A stretch of 64,000 nt of DNA, from NCBI GenBank assembly GCA_052389555.1, contig JBQTHV010000108.1, positions 35 through 64,034 on the forward strand, given 5' to 3'. The translations under genes were made by a program, and so were the position numbers. Source of the stretch: Gemmatimonadales bacterium (GTDB lineage: Bacteria > Gemmatimonadota > Gemmatimonadetes > Gemmatimonadales > GWC2-71-9). The notes under the pieces were generated by a model that ran no database searches, was not told the DNA's origin, and saw nothing but the letters and a program-made list of their open reading frames with translations. This document shows, one piece after another, positions 45,183 to 53,848 of the stretch; positions within the stretch are counted from its first letter, which is position 1; each line of letters opens with the position of its first letter.

Positions 45183-46910
45183 ATGGGCATCGTGGACGCA
45201 GCCCTGCGGTACGCGAGGACCGTTCCGACCCTTCGCCCCCGGCAGATCCTCTACCGCCCGCTCCGGCGGTTGCAGCGGGTCCTGCCGCTCGGTCCGCCCC
45301 GGGTGGAAGCCCGCTTTGCGGCGGCTCGCGCCGGCCGACTCCGGGCGGAGCTGCTGGCGGCGGGACAGCCCGGCTCGCGAACCCTAACCCGCGCCGACGA
45401 CCTCTGCCGGGGGCGGGTGAGGATACTCGATCGCACCGCCGAGCTGCGCGGGGGGCACGACTGGGAGGGCCGGCCCCAAAGCCCGCTGTGGCGCTACCAG
45501 CTCCACGCCTTTGGCTGGGCGGAGGAGCTGGTGGAGGCGTTCCGGCAGCGCGGCGACCCGCGGTACGCCCGGCGCTGGATCGAGTTCGCCGAATCGTGGC
45601 TCGACGCCACTCGGGGGACCCGCGGTGAAGGGTGGGATCCGTATCCGCTCTCCCTTCGCATCGGGCACTGGATCCGTGCGGTGCTCCTGCTCGACGAAGC
45701 CCTCCCGGCCCGGACCGGGCAGCGGCTGCTCGAGGCGATCGCTCAGCAGGCCGCGTACCTGGACCGGAGGCTGGAGTACCACCTCCTCGGTAACCACCTG
45801 CTCGAGAATCTGCGGGCGCTCGCGCTGGCCGGGCTGCTGTTCGATGGGGCCGCCCCGGAACACTGGCGCATCCGGCGAGCCGGGCAATACTGGGACGAGC
45901 TGGCCCGGCAGGTGTTACCCGATGGGGTCCACCAGGAGCGATCGCCCATGTACCACGATCTGCTGTTGCAGGGCGCGCTCGAGCTGTTGCTGCTCCAGCG
46001 GGCTGCCGGTCTCGAGCCCGGCGAGACGCCTGTTCGGCTCCTGGGCGCCATGCTGGAGGCGACGGCCTGCTTGCACCGGCCCCTCCCGGACGGTCGACCC
46101 TATCTGTTCAACGACACCAGCGAAGCCACCGATCCCGATCTCCCCGGGTTAGGCCGGCTGGCCCTGCGCCTGGGTCTGATCCTGCCGCCGCCGCCCCGCG
46201 GGTCTTGGCACCTCACGGCCAGCGGATTCCTGGGATACGCCGGGGAGCAGCTCCGGATTGCCGTTGATGCGGGCGAACCGGGTCCCCGCTGGCTGCCGGC
46301 GCATGCCCACTGCGGAATGCTCAGTTACGAGCTGGATCTTGGGGGTGGGCCGCTGGTGGTGGATTCCGGCGTTGCGGGCTATGACGGCGATCCCCTCCGT
46401 GAGTACGGGCGCAGCACTCGCGCCCATAATACGGTGCAGATCGGGGGCCGGGAGCAACACGAAGTCTGGGGTGTCTTCCGCATGGCCCGCCGGGCAAAGC
46501 TCCATCGGGTGGAGGTGAATCGCGAGCCCGCGCTGCGAATGACCGCGGAGATCTCACCCTACTGGAGCACCCGGGTCCGGCACGAGCGGGTCATCCAGGT
46601 CGGCGAAGCGGGTGTCGACGTGACGGACCAGGTGCGCGGGGCCGACGGCGCCCCGGTGGCGAGCATGGTCCATCTGCATCCCGGGCTTGCCGTGGAGCCG
46701 GCGCAGGACGCCTGGATCGCCACGGGCCAGACCGTCCGCGCTCGCATCATCCCGAGCGGGTTCACCCGGGTGCGCCTGGTTCGCGGGGAAACCAGGCCGG
46801 CTCAGGGGTGGTACTGTCCGAGTTTTGGCGTCGCTCAGCCCGCCCCCTGCCTGGTAATGGAGACGGTGGGAAGCACCCAGCGGTTCGGCTACCGGATCGA
46901 GCTGGTCTGA
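45183..46910 (+). CDS. heparinase II/III-like protein
   Basis: HAHCGMLSYELDLGG..VVDSGVAGY...RSTRAHNTVQIGG pattern of the family. Confidence 0.75.
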   Translation: MGIVDAALRYARTVPTLRPRQILYRPLRRLQRVLPLGPPRVEARFAAARAGRLRAELLAAGQPGSRTLTRADDLCRGRVRILDRTAELRGGHDWEGRPQSPLWRYQLHAFGWAEELVEAFRQRGDPRYARRWIEFAESWLDATRGTRGEGWDPYPLSLRIGHWIRAVLLLDEALPARTGQRLLEAIAQQAAYLDRRLEYHLLGNHLLENLRALALAGLLFDGAAPEHWRIRRAGQYWDELARQVLPDGVHQERSPMYHDLLLQGALELLLLQRAAGLEPGETPVRLLGAMLEATACLHRPLPDGRPYLFNDTSEATDPDLPGLGRLALRLGLILPPPPRGSWHLTASGFLGYAGEQLRIAVDAGEPGPRWLPAHAHCGMLSYELDLGGGPLVVDSGVAGYDGDPLREYGRSTRAHNTVQIGGREQHEVWGVFRMARRAKLHRVEVNREPALRMTAEISPYWSTRVRHERVIQVGEAGVDVTDQVRGADGAPVASMVHLHPGLAVEPAQDAWIATGQTVRARIIPSGFTRVRLVRGETRPAQGWYCPSFGVAQPAPCLVMETVGSTQRFGYRIELV

Positions 46911-48178
46911 TGGCGGGCCACCGGCTTCGCATCGGGTACCTGATCCAGCAGTTTCCTCCCGAAGTGGGCGCCGGGCCGGCCCGCACGGTGGAAATGGCGC
47001 GGCGCTGGCTGGAGTGCGGTGCGTCGGTCACCGCCATCACCGCGATGCCCCACGGCCGGCTTCCGGGCCTCGCCCACGGGACCGTTCCCGCGGCGTACCG
47101 GGGCCGCGTGTTAGGGGAGGAGAGCTGGGACGGCATTCGCGTCCTGCGGTCCTGGACCTACGCCTCGCCTCGCCTGAGCCGGCGCGACACGATCGCAAAC
47201 AACGTCAGCTTCATGGCAACTGCGCTGCTCTCCGCCGTGCGCGCCGAGCTCGACGTCCTGATCGCGAGCGAGCCGCCGTTTCTGCCCCATGTGTCGGGTT
47301 GGCTCGCCGCGGCCTACCATCGGGTACCGCTGGTGCTCGAGGTGCGCGACCTCTGGCCCGACTATCTCGTCGGACTGGGTTTGCTGCGGTCCGGCCGCCC
47401 GGCCGCGCAGGCGCTCTTCGGGCTCGAACGGTTCCTGCTCCGCCGCGCGAATCATGTCGTGGCGGTCACCGAGTCCTTTCGCCGGCGTCTCATCGCCAAG
47501 GGAGTCCCGGCCGACCGGGTTACCGTCATCCCCAACGGCGTGGATCTGGAGCGTTACACGCCGGGCCCCGCGAGGAGTCCACCACCGCGGCCGGAGTTGC
47601 ACCACCGGGGAGACGAAATCGTGGTTGGCTACCTCGGCACCTTCGGGGCGGGGCAGGGGCTCGAAACCGTCGTCGAGGCCGCCGCGTTGCTCCAGAACGG
47701 GCTCCTCCGAGTCCGATTCGTCCTCGCGGGAGACGGACCGCAGCGCCAGCGGGTGGCGGCCCGGGTCCGAGAGCTCGGGGTCCGTAACATCACGCTGACC
47801 GGGATTCTACCTCGCGACGCGACCCGCGAGTTCTACGCTGCCTGTGATCTGTGCCTGGTCCCGCTGGCTCCCGTCGATATCTTTCGGGACACGGTTCCCT
47901 CCAAGCTCTTCGAAATCATGGCGTGCGGGCGTCCCGTGATTGCCGCAGTCGAGGGAGAGGCTCGGGCCCTGGTGGAGGAAGCGAGCTGTGGAACTGCGGT
48001 CAGCCCGGGCGATCCCCGCGAGCTTGCGGAGACGATCGCCCGGGAGGCCGGCCGCCCTGAGCCGGAGCGCGCGGCGATGGGCGCGCGGGGCCGTGCCTTC
48101 GTGGCCGAACGTTTCGATCGACGGCACCTGGCTGACCGCTACCTGGAGCTCCTAACCCGCTTGGCCCGAGTGCCGTGA
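46910..48178 (+). CDS. glycosyltransferase family 4 (WbuB-like)
   Basis: RIGYLIQQFPPEVGAGPARTVEMARRW N-terminus and GT4 C-terminal EGEA...E motif. ATG shares its A with the upstream TGA. Confidence 0.8.
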   Translation: MAGHRLRIGYLIQQFPPEVGAGPARTVEMARRWLECGASVTAITAMPHGRLPGLAHGTVPAAYRGRVLGEESWDGIRVLRSWTYASPRLSRRDTIANNVSFMATALLSAVRAELDVLIASEPPFLPHVSGWLAAAYHRVPLVLEVRDLWPDYLVGLGLLRSGRPAAQALFGLERFLLRRANHVVAVTESFRRRLIAKGVPADRVTVIPNGVDLERYTPGPARSPPPRPELHHRGDEIVVGYLGTFGAGQGLETVVEAAALLQNGLLRVRFVLAGDGPQRQRVAARVRELGVRNITLTGILPRDATREFYAACDLCLVPLAPVDIFRDTVPSKLFEIMACGRPVIAAVEGEARALVEEASCGTAVSPGDPRELAETIAREAGRPEPERAAMGARGRAFVAERFDRRHLADRYLELLTRLARVP

Positions 48179-48185
48179 GGATGCC

Positions 48186-49172
48186 ATGACCGATCGCGAA
48201 GAGCTGTCGCTGCTCGCCGTCGCCGCGGGTCTCTTGCGGCACCGCCGGCGCATCATCGGCGCCGCGCTGGGGCTGGGTCTGCTCGCCGCGATCGTCACCG
48301 TGGTTCGGCCTCGCCAGTACCTCGCCAACGCGTCGTTCATCGCCCAGGTCCGCAGCACCAACGCGGCGCTCTCCGGGGTGGCCGCCCAGTTCGGGGTGAC
48401 GGTCACCCCCGTCGAGCCGGGTCAGTCACCCAGCTTCTACGCGGATCTGCTGCGCTCCCGCGAGCTGCTGAGCGCGCTCGCCACCTCCCGGTTCCCGCCC
48501 GCCGCCGGCGATTCGGCGACGCTGCTCGAGATTCTGGGTATCGGCGGCGCGACCCCGGCCCTCCAGGTGGAGCGCGCGGTGGCCCGCTTGCGCCGCCGGC
48601 TCGAGGTCTCGATCGCTGCGCGCACCGGGGTGGTTTCCCTGGGGCTCGCGGCCCCGACGCCGGAATTGGCCCAGCAGGTCACCGCGCGACTGCTCGAGCT
48701 GCTCAACCAGTTCAATGTTTCCACCCGCCGGTCCCAGGCTTCCGAGGAGCGGCGGTTCACCGAACAGCGGCTGCGGGAGGTCATGGACGAGCTCCGTCAG
48801 GCCGAAGATCGGCTGGTCGTCTTTACCCAGCAGAATCGGGACATTCGCAGCTCGCCGCGGTTGCAGGCCGAATTTGCCCGACTGGAGCGGCAGGTCCTGC
48901 TGCGGCAGCAGGTCGTGATTCAGTTGTCCCAGGCCGCGGAACAAGCCAAGATCGAAGCGGTTCGGGATACGCCGGTGCTCACGGTCATCGAGCGGCCGGT
49001 GGTCCCGGCCCGCGCGGCCTCCCGCCGGCTGGTGGCCTGGATCGGGTTCGGCCTGGTGGTGGGGGGCGTGTTAGGACTCTTGTGGGCGGTCTGGGCCGAC
49101 AACCTGCAGCGCGCCCGGGCCGCCGATTCCCAGGCCTATCGTGACTATCGACAAGCCTTGGCCCGATCCTAA
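48186..49172 (+). CDS. Wzz-like chain-length determinant (no kinase domain)
   Basis: N-terminal TM followed by RPRQYLANASF, central coiled coil, C-terminal TM. Confidence 0.6.
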   Translation: MTDREELSLLAVAAGLLRHRRRIIGAALGLGLLAAIVTVVRPRQYLANASFIAQVRSTNAALSGVAAQFGVTVTPVEPGQSPSFYADLLRSRELLSALATSRFPPAAGDSATLLEILGIGGATPALQVERAVARLRRRLEVSIAARTGVVSLGLAAPTPELAQQVTARLLELLNQFNVSTRRSQASEERRFTEQRLREVMDELRQAEDRLVVFTQQNRDIRSSPRLQAEFARLERQVLLRQQVVIQLSQAAEQAKIEAVRDTPVLTVIERPVVPARAASRRLVAWIGFGLVVGGVLGLLWAVWADNLQRARAADSQAYRDYRQALARS

Positions 49173-49176
49173 TCTT

Positions 49177-49302
49177 AGGAGGTAGTAAGTAGGAGGTAGT
49201 GAGCAGGAGGTAGTGAGAAGGGACAAAACTTGCCGTGGCAAGAAACACGCACCGGCAGGGTTTGTCCTTCTCACTACCTCCTGCTCGCTACCTCCTCCTA
49301 CC
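49177..49302. repeat. hairpin element, same family (copy 2), between convergent wzz-like and wza-like genes
   Basis: Left arm AGGAGGTAGTAAGTAGGAGGTAGTGAGCAGGAGGTAGTGAGAAGGGACAAA (49177-49227). Right arm TTTGTCCTTCTCACTACCTCCTGCTCGCTACCTCC... (49261-49302). The loop holds a small hairpin CTTGCC-gt-GGCAAG. Confidence 0.93.
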
Positions 49303-51748
49303 GTGTCGCCACGACAATTATGGCAACCGTACTCGCCAGGATCTGCGCGATGGACGCCGCGAGCCCCACGAAATCTTTCTTGTCACTCGGATCCCGCTGC
49401 GGCACAAACACGACCGCTCCCGGACTCGGCTCGGGTATGGTGTCCTCAAAGAGGAACCGCCGCTTGACGCTCTCGACTTTGCCGTTCGCCTGGGTCACGA
49501 ATGCCTTGCCCTTGTCCCCCATCCGGCTATACCCACCCGCGCTTGCCACATAGAAATCGATATCCCGCCCGGGGACATACGCGACCGCCATCGGCGAGTT
49601 GACCGCGCCCTCGACTCGCACGACGGGGATGTATTCCGGAATCACGATCGAGTCTCCCGCCGTCAGCACCAGGTTGTCCCGATGCGAGGGATTCCTGAGC
49701 ACCGCGGGAAGATCGATGCCGATCCGGCCCTGCGAGATGGACCGGCGCACGAACCTGATCCCGGCCGGATAGGCCTCCCGGTTGAGCCCGCCGGCCCGCC
49801 CGATCATGTCGGAAAGCCGCTCGGTCCGGGTCCGCAGGGCATAGGTTCCGGGGAACTGAATCTGGCCTTCAATGCGGACCGTTCGGTGCAACTCCCATTC
49901 CGGCTGTCTGAAGACCAGGATGTTGTCGTAGGGCTCGAGCGCGACTTCCGGTGCCCCTCGGGCCTGGGCTGCGAGTCCCGGAGGGCCCAGGTACTCACCG
50001 TTCGGCCCGCGATCGAAGAGGTACGTTGAGTCCAGCGGAACCCTGGTGGTGGTAGCCAGGCCGCCGCCGGATCGATCCTCCGGAATGCGGGCAATTTCGG
50101 CCTCGGTGAGCAGAGCGTCTTCGGTGAGTCCTTCGGCGAGGAGAACCGCGTCTCGCAGGGTCATTCCTTCCCGGAAGGGAACACTTCCCGGCCGCTTGAC
50201 CGCTCCGGCCACCGTGACATAACGCGCGGGCCGGAACGTCGTCCGCGCGAACACGGTGATCTCGTCGTCTTCCTGGAGCGGGAAGTTGTCCCGGATAGCG
50301 CCCACCGAGTCGGCGAAGGCGCCCCGCAATTGAATCCGGGTGGAATCCGGCTGCAATCGGGACACCAGGATCTGATCCAGATACACGTCTGGCTTGGGTC
50401 CGCCCGCCAGCCGGATCGCTTCTTCGAGCCGCATTCCTGGAACGAATCCGACGGGGCCTTCGTTCCATACTGCCCCGCGGACGACGATCTGATTGCGGCG
50501 CCGTCCCGCGATTTCGAACACGCGGACCTCGTCGCCGGGTTCCAGCGCGAAGCGGGGCACCGTGCCGTCGGCGAACTGTTCGGGACCGAGATCCAGCACG
50601 ACTCGATCGCGCCCGCCAGGCTGCCGCTGGGCGGGCGGAAGAATCCGATCGATCTGCACCCGGCGTTGCAGCGCAGTGGCTTCGAACCCGCCGGCCGAGG
50701 CGATGAGCTCGCGGAGGGTCTCACCCGGCTTGAGTTCGTATTCCGCGGGACGCACCACCCGTCCGGTAACCCGCACGATCGACCCTCGCACCGGCACGAA
50801 GACGACGTCGCCGTTCTCGAGCCGGATGTCCCGGCTATTGTCGCCGCGAATCAGATAGTCGTAGAGATCGAGTTCGCCCACCGTGCGCGGACCGCCGCCT
50901 CCCACCCCGTTGCCTCCCGATCCGCGCCGGACCTGAACGCTGCGGAACGACCCATTGACCGTCGGGCCCCCCGCGGCATAGAGCGCGGTGAGCACCGTGC
51001 CGACAGCGGGAATCTGATACGAGCCCGGGTGGGCGACGTCACCGATCACGTACACCTGATTCACCCGAAGCCGGGTTACCGTGACCTGAAACCGGGTGGC
51101 GGCGCCGGCCCCTCGGCGAACGCTGCTATAGACGCGGCCCAGCCGTTCGTAGAGCAGGTTCTCGAGCTGGCTCATGTTGAGCCCGGCCACGAAAAGCTGC
51201 CCGACCTGCGGGATCACGATGAAGCCTTCCCGGCTCACCTCGAGCTGGTGGGTGAGCTCGACTTCGCCGGTCAGAATCAAGGCGAGCGCGTCGCCTGGTC
51301 CGAGCCGATAGCTGGGATCGACCGGCCCGGCCAGCGAAGGCTGAAACTGTGACGTGGCTCGCTTGAATACTTCCATTCCGAACCGAACCTGCGCGCCACT
51401 CGGAGGAGCCGCCAGCGGAATCGTATCAGTCGTCGCAGGGGTCTCTCCAGGGAGAAACCCCAGGGCCGAGCTTGCCGCCACCACCTGCTCGTTGAGGGGC
51501 ACGCTGATGCCTTGAGGGGGCGTGCTCAAATAGGGATCGAGAAGACTCGCTGGATAACCAGTTGCGCTGAGCCGAGACCGGACCTGGTCCGCCGTGAGTC
51601 CCGATGCCTGAATCTGCCGGCGGATCGCCTCGGAAAGGTCAGGACGGGACGCGAGGATATTGCGAATCTGTTCGGCCGAAAGCGACTGAGAATGAGCCGG
51701 GCCCGTCGCTGCGGCGAAGAGGCCCAGGGCCAGTACGAATGCTCGCAC
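49298..51748 (-). CDS. polysaccharide export protein (Wza/OPX family, multiple SLBB domains)
   Basis: Signal peptide MRAFVLALGLFAAATGPAHSQ, PYRLGPGDAL motif, repeated SLBB-like segments, C-terminal TM. Confidence 0.8.
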   Translation of the reverse strand: MRAFVLALGLFAAATGPAHSQSLSAEQIRNILASRPDLSEAIRRQIQASGLTADQVRSRLSATGYPASLLDPYLSTPPQGISVPLNEQVVAASSALGFLPGETPATTDTIPLAAPPSGAQVRFGMEVFKRATSQFQPSLAGPVDPSYRLGPGDALALILTGEVELTHQLEVSREGFIVIPQVGQLFVAGLNMSQLENLLYERLGRVYSSVRRGAGAATRFQVTVTRLRVNQVYVIGDVAHPGSYQIPAVGTVLTALYAAGGPTVNGSFRSVQVRRGSGGNGVGGGGPRTVGELDLYDYLIRGDNSRDIRLENGDVVFVPVRGSIVRVTGRVVRPAEYELKPGETLRELIASAGGFEATALQRRVQIDRILPPAQRQPGGRDRVVLDLGPEQFADGTVPRFALEPGDEVRVFEIAGRRRNQIVVRGAVWNEGPVGFVPGMRLEEAIRLAGGPKPDVYLDQILVSRLQPDSTRIQLRGAFADSVGAIRDNFPLQEDDEITVFARTTFRPARYVTVAGAVKRPGSVPFREGMTLRDAVLLAEGLTEDALLTEAEIARIPEDRSGGGLATTTRVPLDSTYLFDRGPNGEYLGPPGLAAQARGAPEVALEPYDNILVFRQPEWELHRTVRIEGQIQFPGTYALRTRTERLSDMIGRAGGLNREAYPAGIRFVRRSISQGRIGIDLPAVLRNPSHRDNLVLTAGDSIVIPEYIPVVRVEGAVNSPMAVAYVPGRDIDFYVASAGGYSRMGDKGKAFVTQANGKVESVKRRFLFEDTIPEPSPGAVVFVPQRDPSDKKDFVGLAASIAQILASTVAIIVVATR

Positions 51749-51851
51749 GGCAGCTCCGGTGCTGGGATGAACTGGATGAATCGGGTTTACCTGCCTGCTC
51801 GCAAATTAACGGCAAAACGGTAGCGGGCCAGCCTCGATATAGCTTTCGGCG

Positions 51852-52802
51852 ATGCTCCCCTGGGAAAGACGGGCGGTAGTCATCTCCGGCGCCAGCGGCT
51901 TTCTGGGAACCATCATTGCTTCCGCCGCGAGCCAGGCCGGTGCTTCGGTGCGCGGACTCGTCCGGCGGAGCGACGCTCCGCTCCCCGGTGGTGTCGAACC
52001 AGTCCTGATCCGCGATCTCGGCGACCCGGCGATCCTCGCGACCGCCTGTGAGGGCGCGGACCTCGTCATTCACCTTGCGGCGCGGGTTCACCGCCTGCGA
52101 GCTTCCGAGCGCGAGGATGAGGCGGCCTTCCGCCGCGATAACGTCGAGGGAACCGCCTCGCTGCTCAGCGCCGGCGCACGAACCGGCGTGCGAACGTTCA
52201 TCTTCATCAGCTCGGTAAAGGCGATCGCGGAGCGGAGCGACGACCCCCTTCCGGAATCCATCGCGCCTCGCCCGGAGGATGCCTACGGGCGCTCGAAGCT
52301 CGCGGCCGAACAACTGGTAACCGAGTGGGGACGTGACGATACCCGTCGAGTCGTGGTTCTCCGGCTTCCCCTCGTCTATGGCCCCGGCATGGGTGCGAAC
52401 ATGCTGCGGCTGTTTCGCGCGGTGGCCCGAGGAATCCCACTTCCCCTGGGATCCATTCGCAACCGGCGGAGCGTGCTTAGCGCGGCCAACCTGGTTCGGG
52501 CTCTCGGTGCGGTCCTGACTGGTCCGAACGGAAGTGTGGTGTATCATGTCGCTGATCCGGACCCCTTGAGTACCCCCGAGCTCGTTCATCAGATCGCGGG
52601 TTCCCTTGGCGTCACCCCACGACTGGTGCCCTTTCCGCCCGGGCTGCTTCGCCGTTTGGGCGGAATGGGGAAACGGCTGGTGGACTCGCTGGTGCTCGAC
52701 ACCCGTGCGATCGCACACGACTACCCCGCGCTCGTCCTCGATCCCACCGCGATTGGTCTGCGAGAAACCGCCAGGTGGTTTTGGAGCACCCAGCGGTCGT
52801 GA
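51852..52802 (+). CDS. NAD-dependent epimerase/dehydratase
   Basis: VISGASGFLG Rossmann motif, YGRSK catalytic motif. Confidence 0.8.
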   Translation: MLPWERRAVVISGASGFLGTIIASAASQAGASVRGLVRRSDAPLPGGVEPVLIRDLGDPAILATACEGADLVIHLAARVHRLRASEREDEAAFRRDNVEGTASLLSAGARTGVRTFIFISSVKAIAERSDDPLPESIAPRPEDAYGRSKLAAEQLVTEWGRDDTRRVVVLRLPLVYGPGMGANMLRLFRAVARGIPLPLGSIRNRRSVLSAANLVRALGAVLTGPNGSVVYHVADPDPLSTPELVHQIAGSLGVTPRLVPFPPGLLRRLGGMGKRLVDSLVLDTRAIAHDYPALVLDPTAIGLRETARWFWSTQRS

Positions 52803-53827
52803 GTCGGCCTTGGATCCTGCTGCTGGGGGCCGTGATCGCCTCGTGGGCACTGACTGGCGCGATTCGCCGGTGGGCCTTGCGAACAGGGGCACTCGATGTT
52901 CCTGGTCCGCGAAGTCTTCACGTCGTTCCAGTCCCGCGAAGCGGAGGGGCCGCCATCGCCACGGTAACGCTCGCCGCAGTGGCGGGCTTGGGGGCCTTTG
53001 GACTGATTTCCGCTTCTCTGGCGCAAGCAATCTTCCCCGGCGGACTCTTGATCGCGACAGTGGGTTGGCTCGACGACCGGCAACAGCTCGCCCCCGGGCT
53101 GCGGCTGGTCGTGCATTTCGCGGCTGCCGGATGGGCGGTCTGGAGCCTCGGCGGGCTCTCTGGTCTCGAACTCGGCCTAACCCGAATTCACTTGGGAACT
53201 GTCGGAGCGGTCCTTGCAGTACTCGCAATCGTCTGGGCTATCAACCTCTATAACTTCATGGACGGTATAGACGGCCTTGCGGGTGCGGAGGCAGTTCAGG
53301 TCGGAATCGCCGGGGCTCTGCTCGCGGCCTCCAACCCCTCGGGGCTTTCCTGGGTCGCGGCGGTGATGGCTGCTGCCTCGGCCGGGTTTCTCTGGTGGAA
53401 CCGGCCGCCCGCGCGGATCTTCATGGGCGACGTCGGCAGCGGCCTGCTGGGCTTTACGATGGGCGTGCTGGCTATCGCTTCCGAAACGACCGGCGGCCCG
53501 CCCAGCGCGGTCTGGCTGCTCCTCCTCGGCGTGTTTGTGTTCGATGCCACCGTGACGCTGGCACGGCGGCTGCTGGCTGGCGAGCCGGTCTACCGGCCGC
53601 ACCGCTCACACGCGTATCAACGGATGATCCTGGCGGGAGCGACGCACGGCCGGGTGACCGCGATAGTCGTCGGCATCAACGTTGCCCTGGCTTTGCTCGC
53701 GTTTGCGGCAGTGCAGTATCCTCGCGGCTTACCCGCCGCCATCGGCATGGCCGGGCTTGGATTGGCGAGCGGATATGTCGCGATTGAGCGCAGGCAACCC
53801 ATGACTTCGTCAACGCCCGGATTGTGA
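52799..53827 (+). CDS. undecaprenyl-phosphate HexNAc-1-phosphate transferase (MraY/WecA family)
   Basis: NLYNFMDGIDGLAG and FMGDVGS motifs. GTG 52799 overlaps the upstream stop. Confidence 0.82.
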   Translation: MSRPWILLLGAVIASWALTGAIRRWALRTGALDVPGPRSLHVVPVPRSGGAAIATVTLAAVAGLGAFGLISASLAQAIFPGGLLIATVGWLDDRQQLAPGLRLVVHFAAAGWAVWSLGGLSGLELGLTRIHLGTVGAVLAVLAIVWAINLYNFMDGIDGLAGAEAVQVGIAGALLAASNPSGLSWVAAVMAAASAGFLWWNRPPARIFMGDVGSGLLGFTMGVLAIASETTGGPPSAVWLLLLGVFVFDATVTLARRLLAGEPVYRPHRSHAYQRMILAGATHGRVTAIVVGINVALALLAFAAVQYPRGLPAAIGMAGLGLASGYVAIERRQPMTSSTPGL

Positions 53828-53848
53828 CGGGTATATCTTAGGGCCGCC

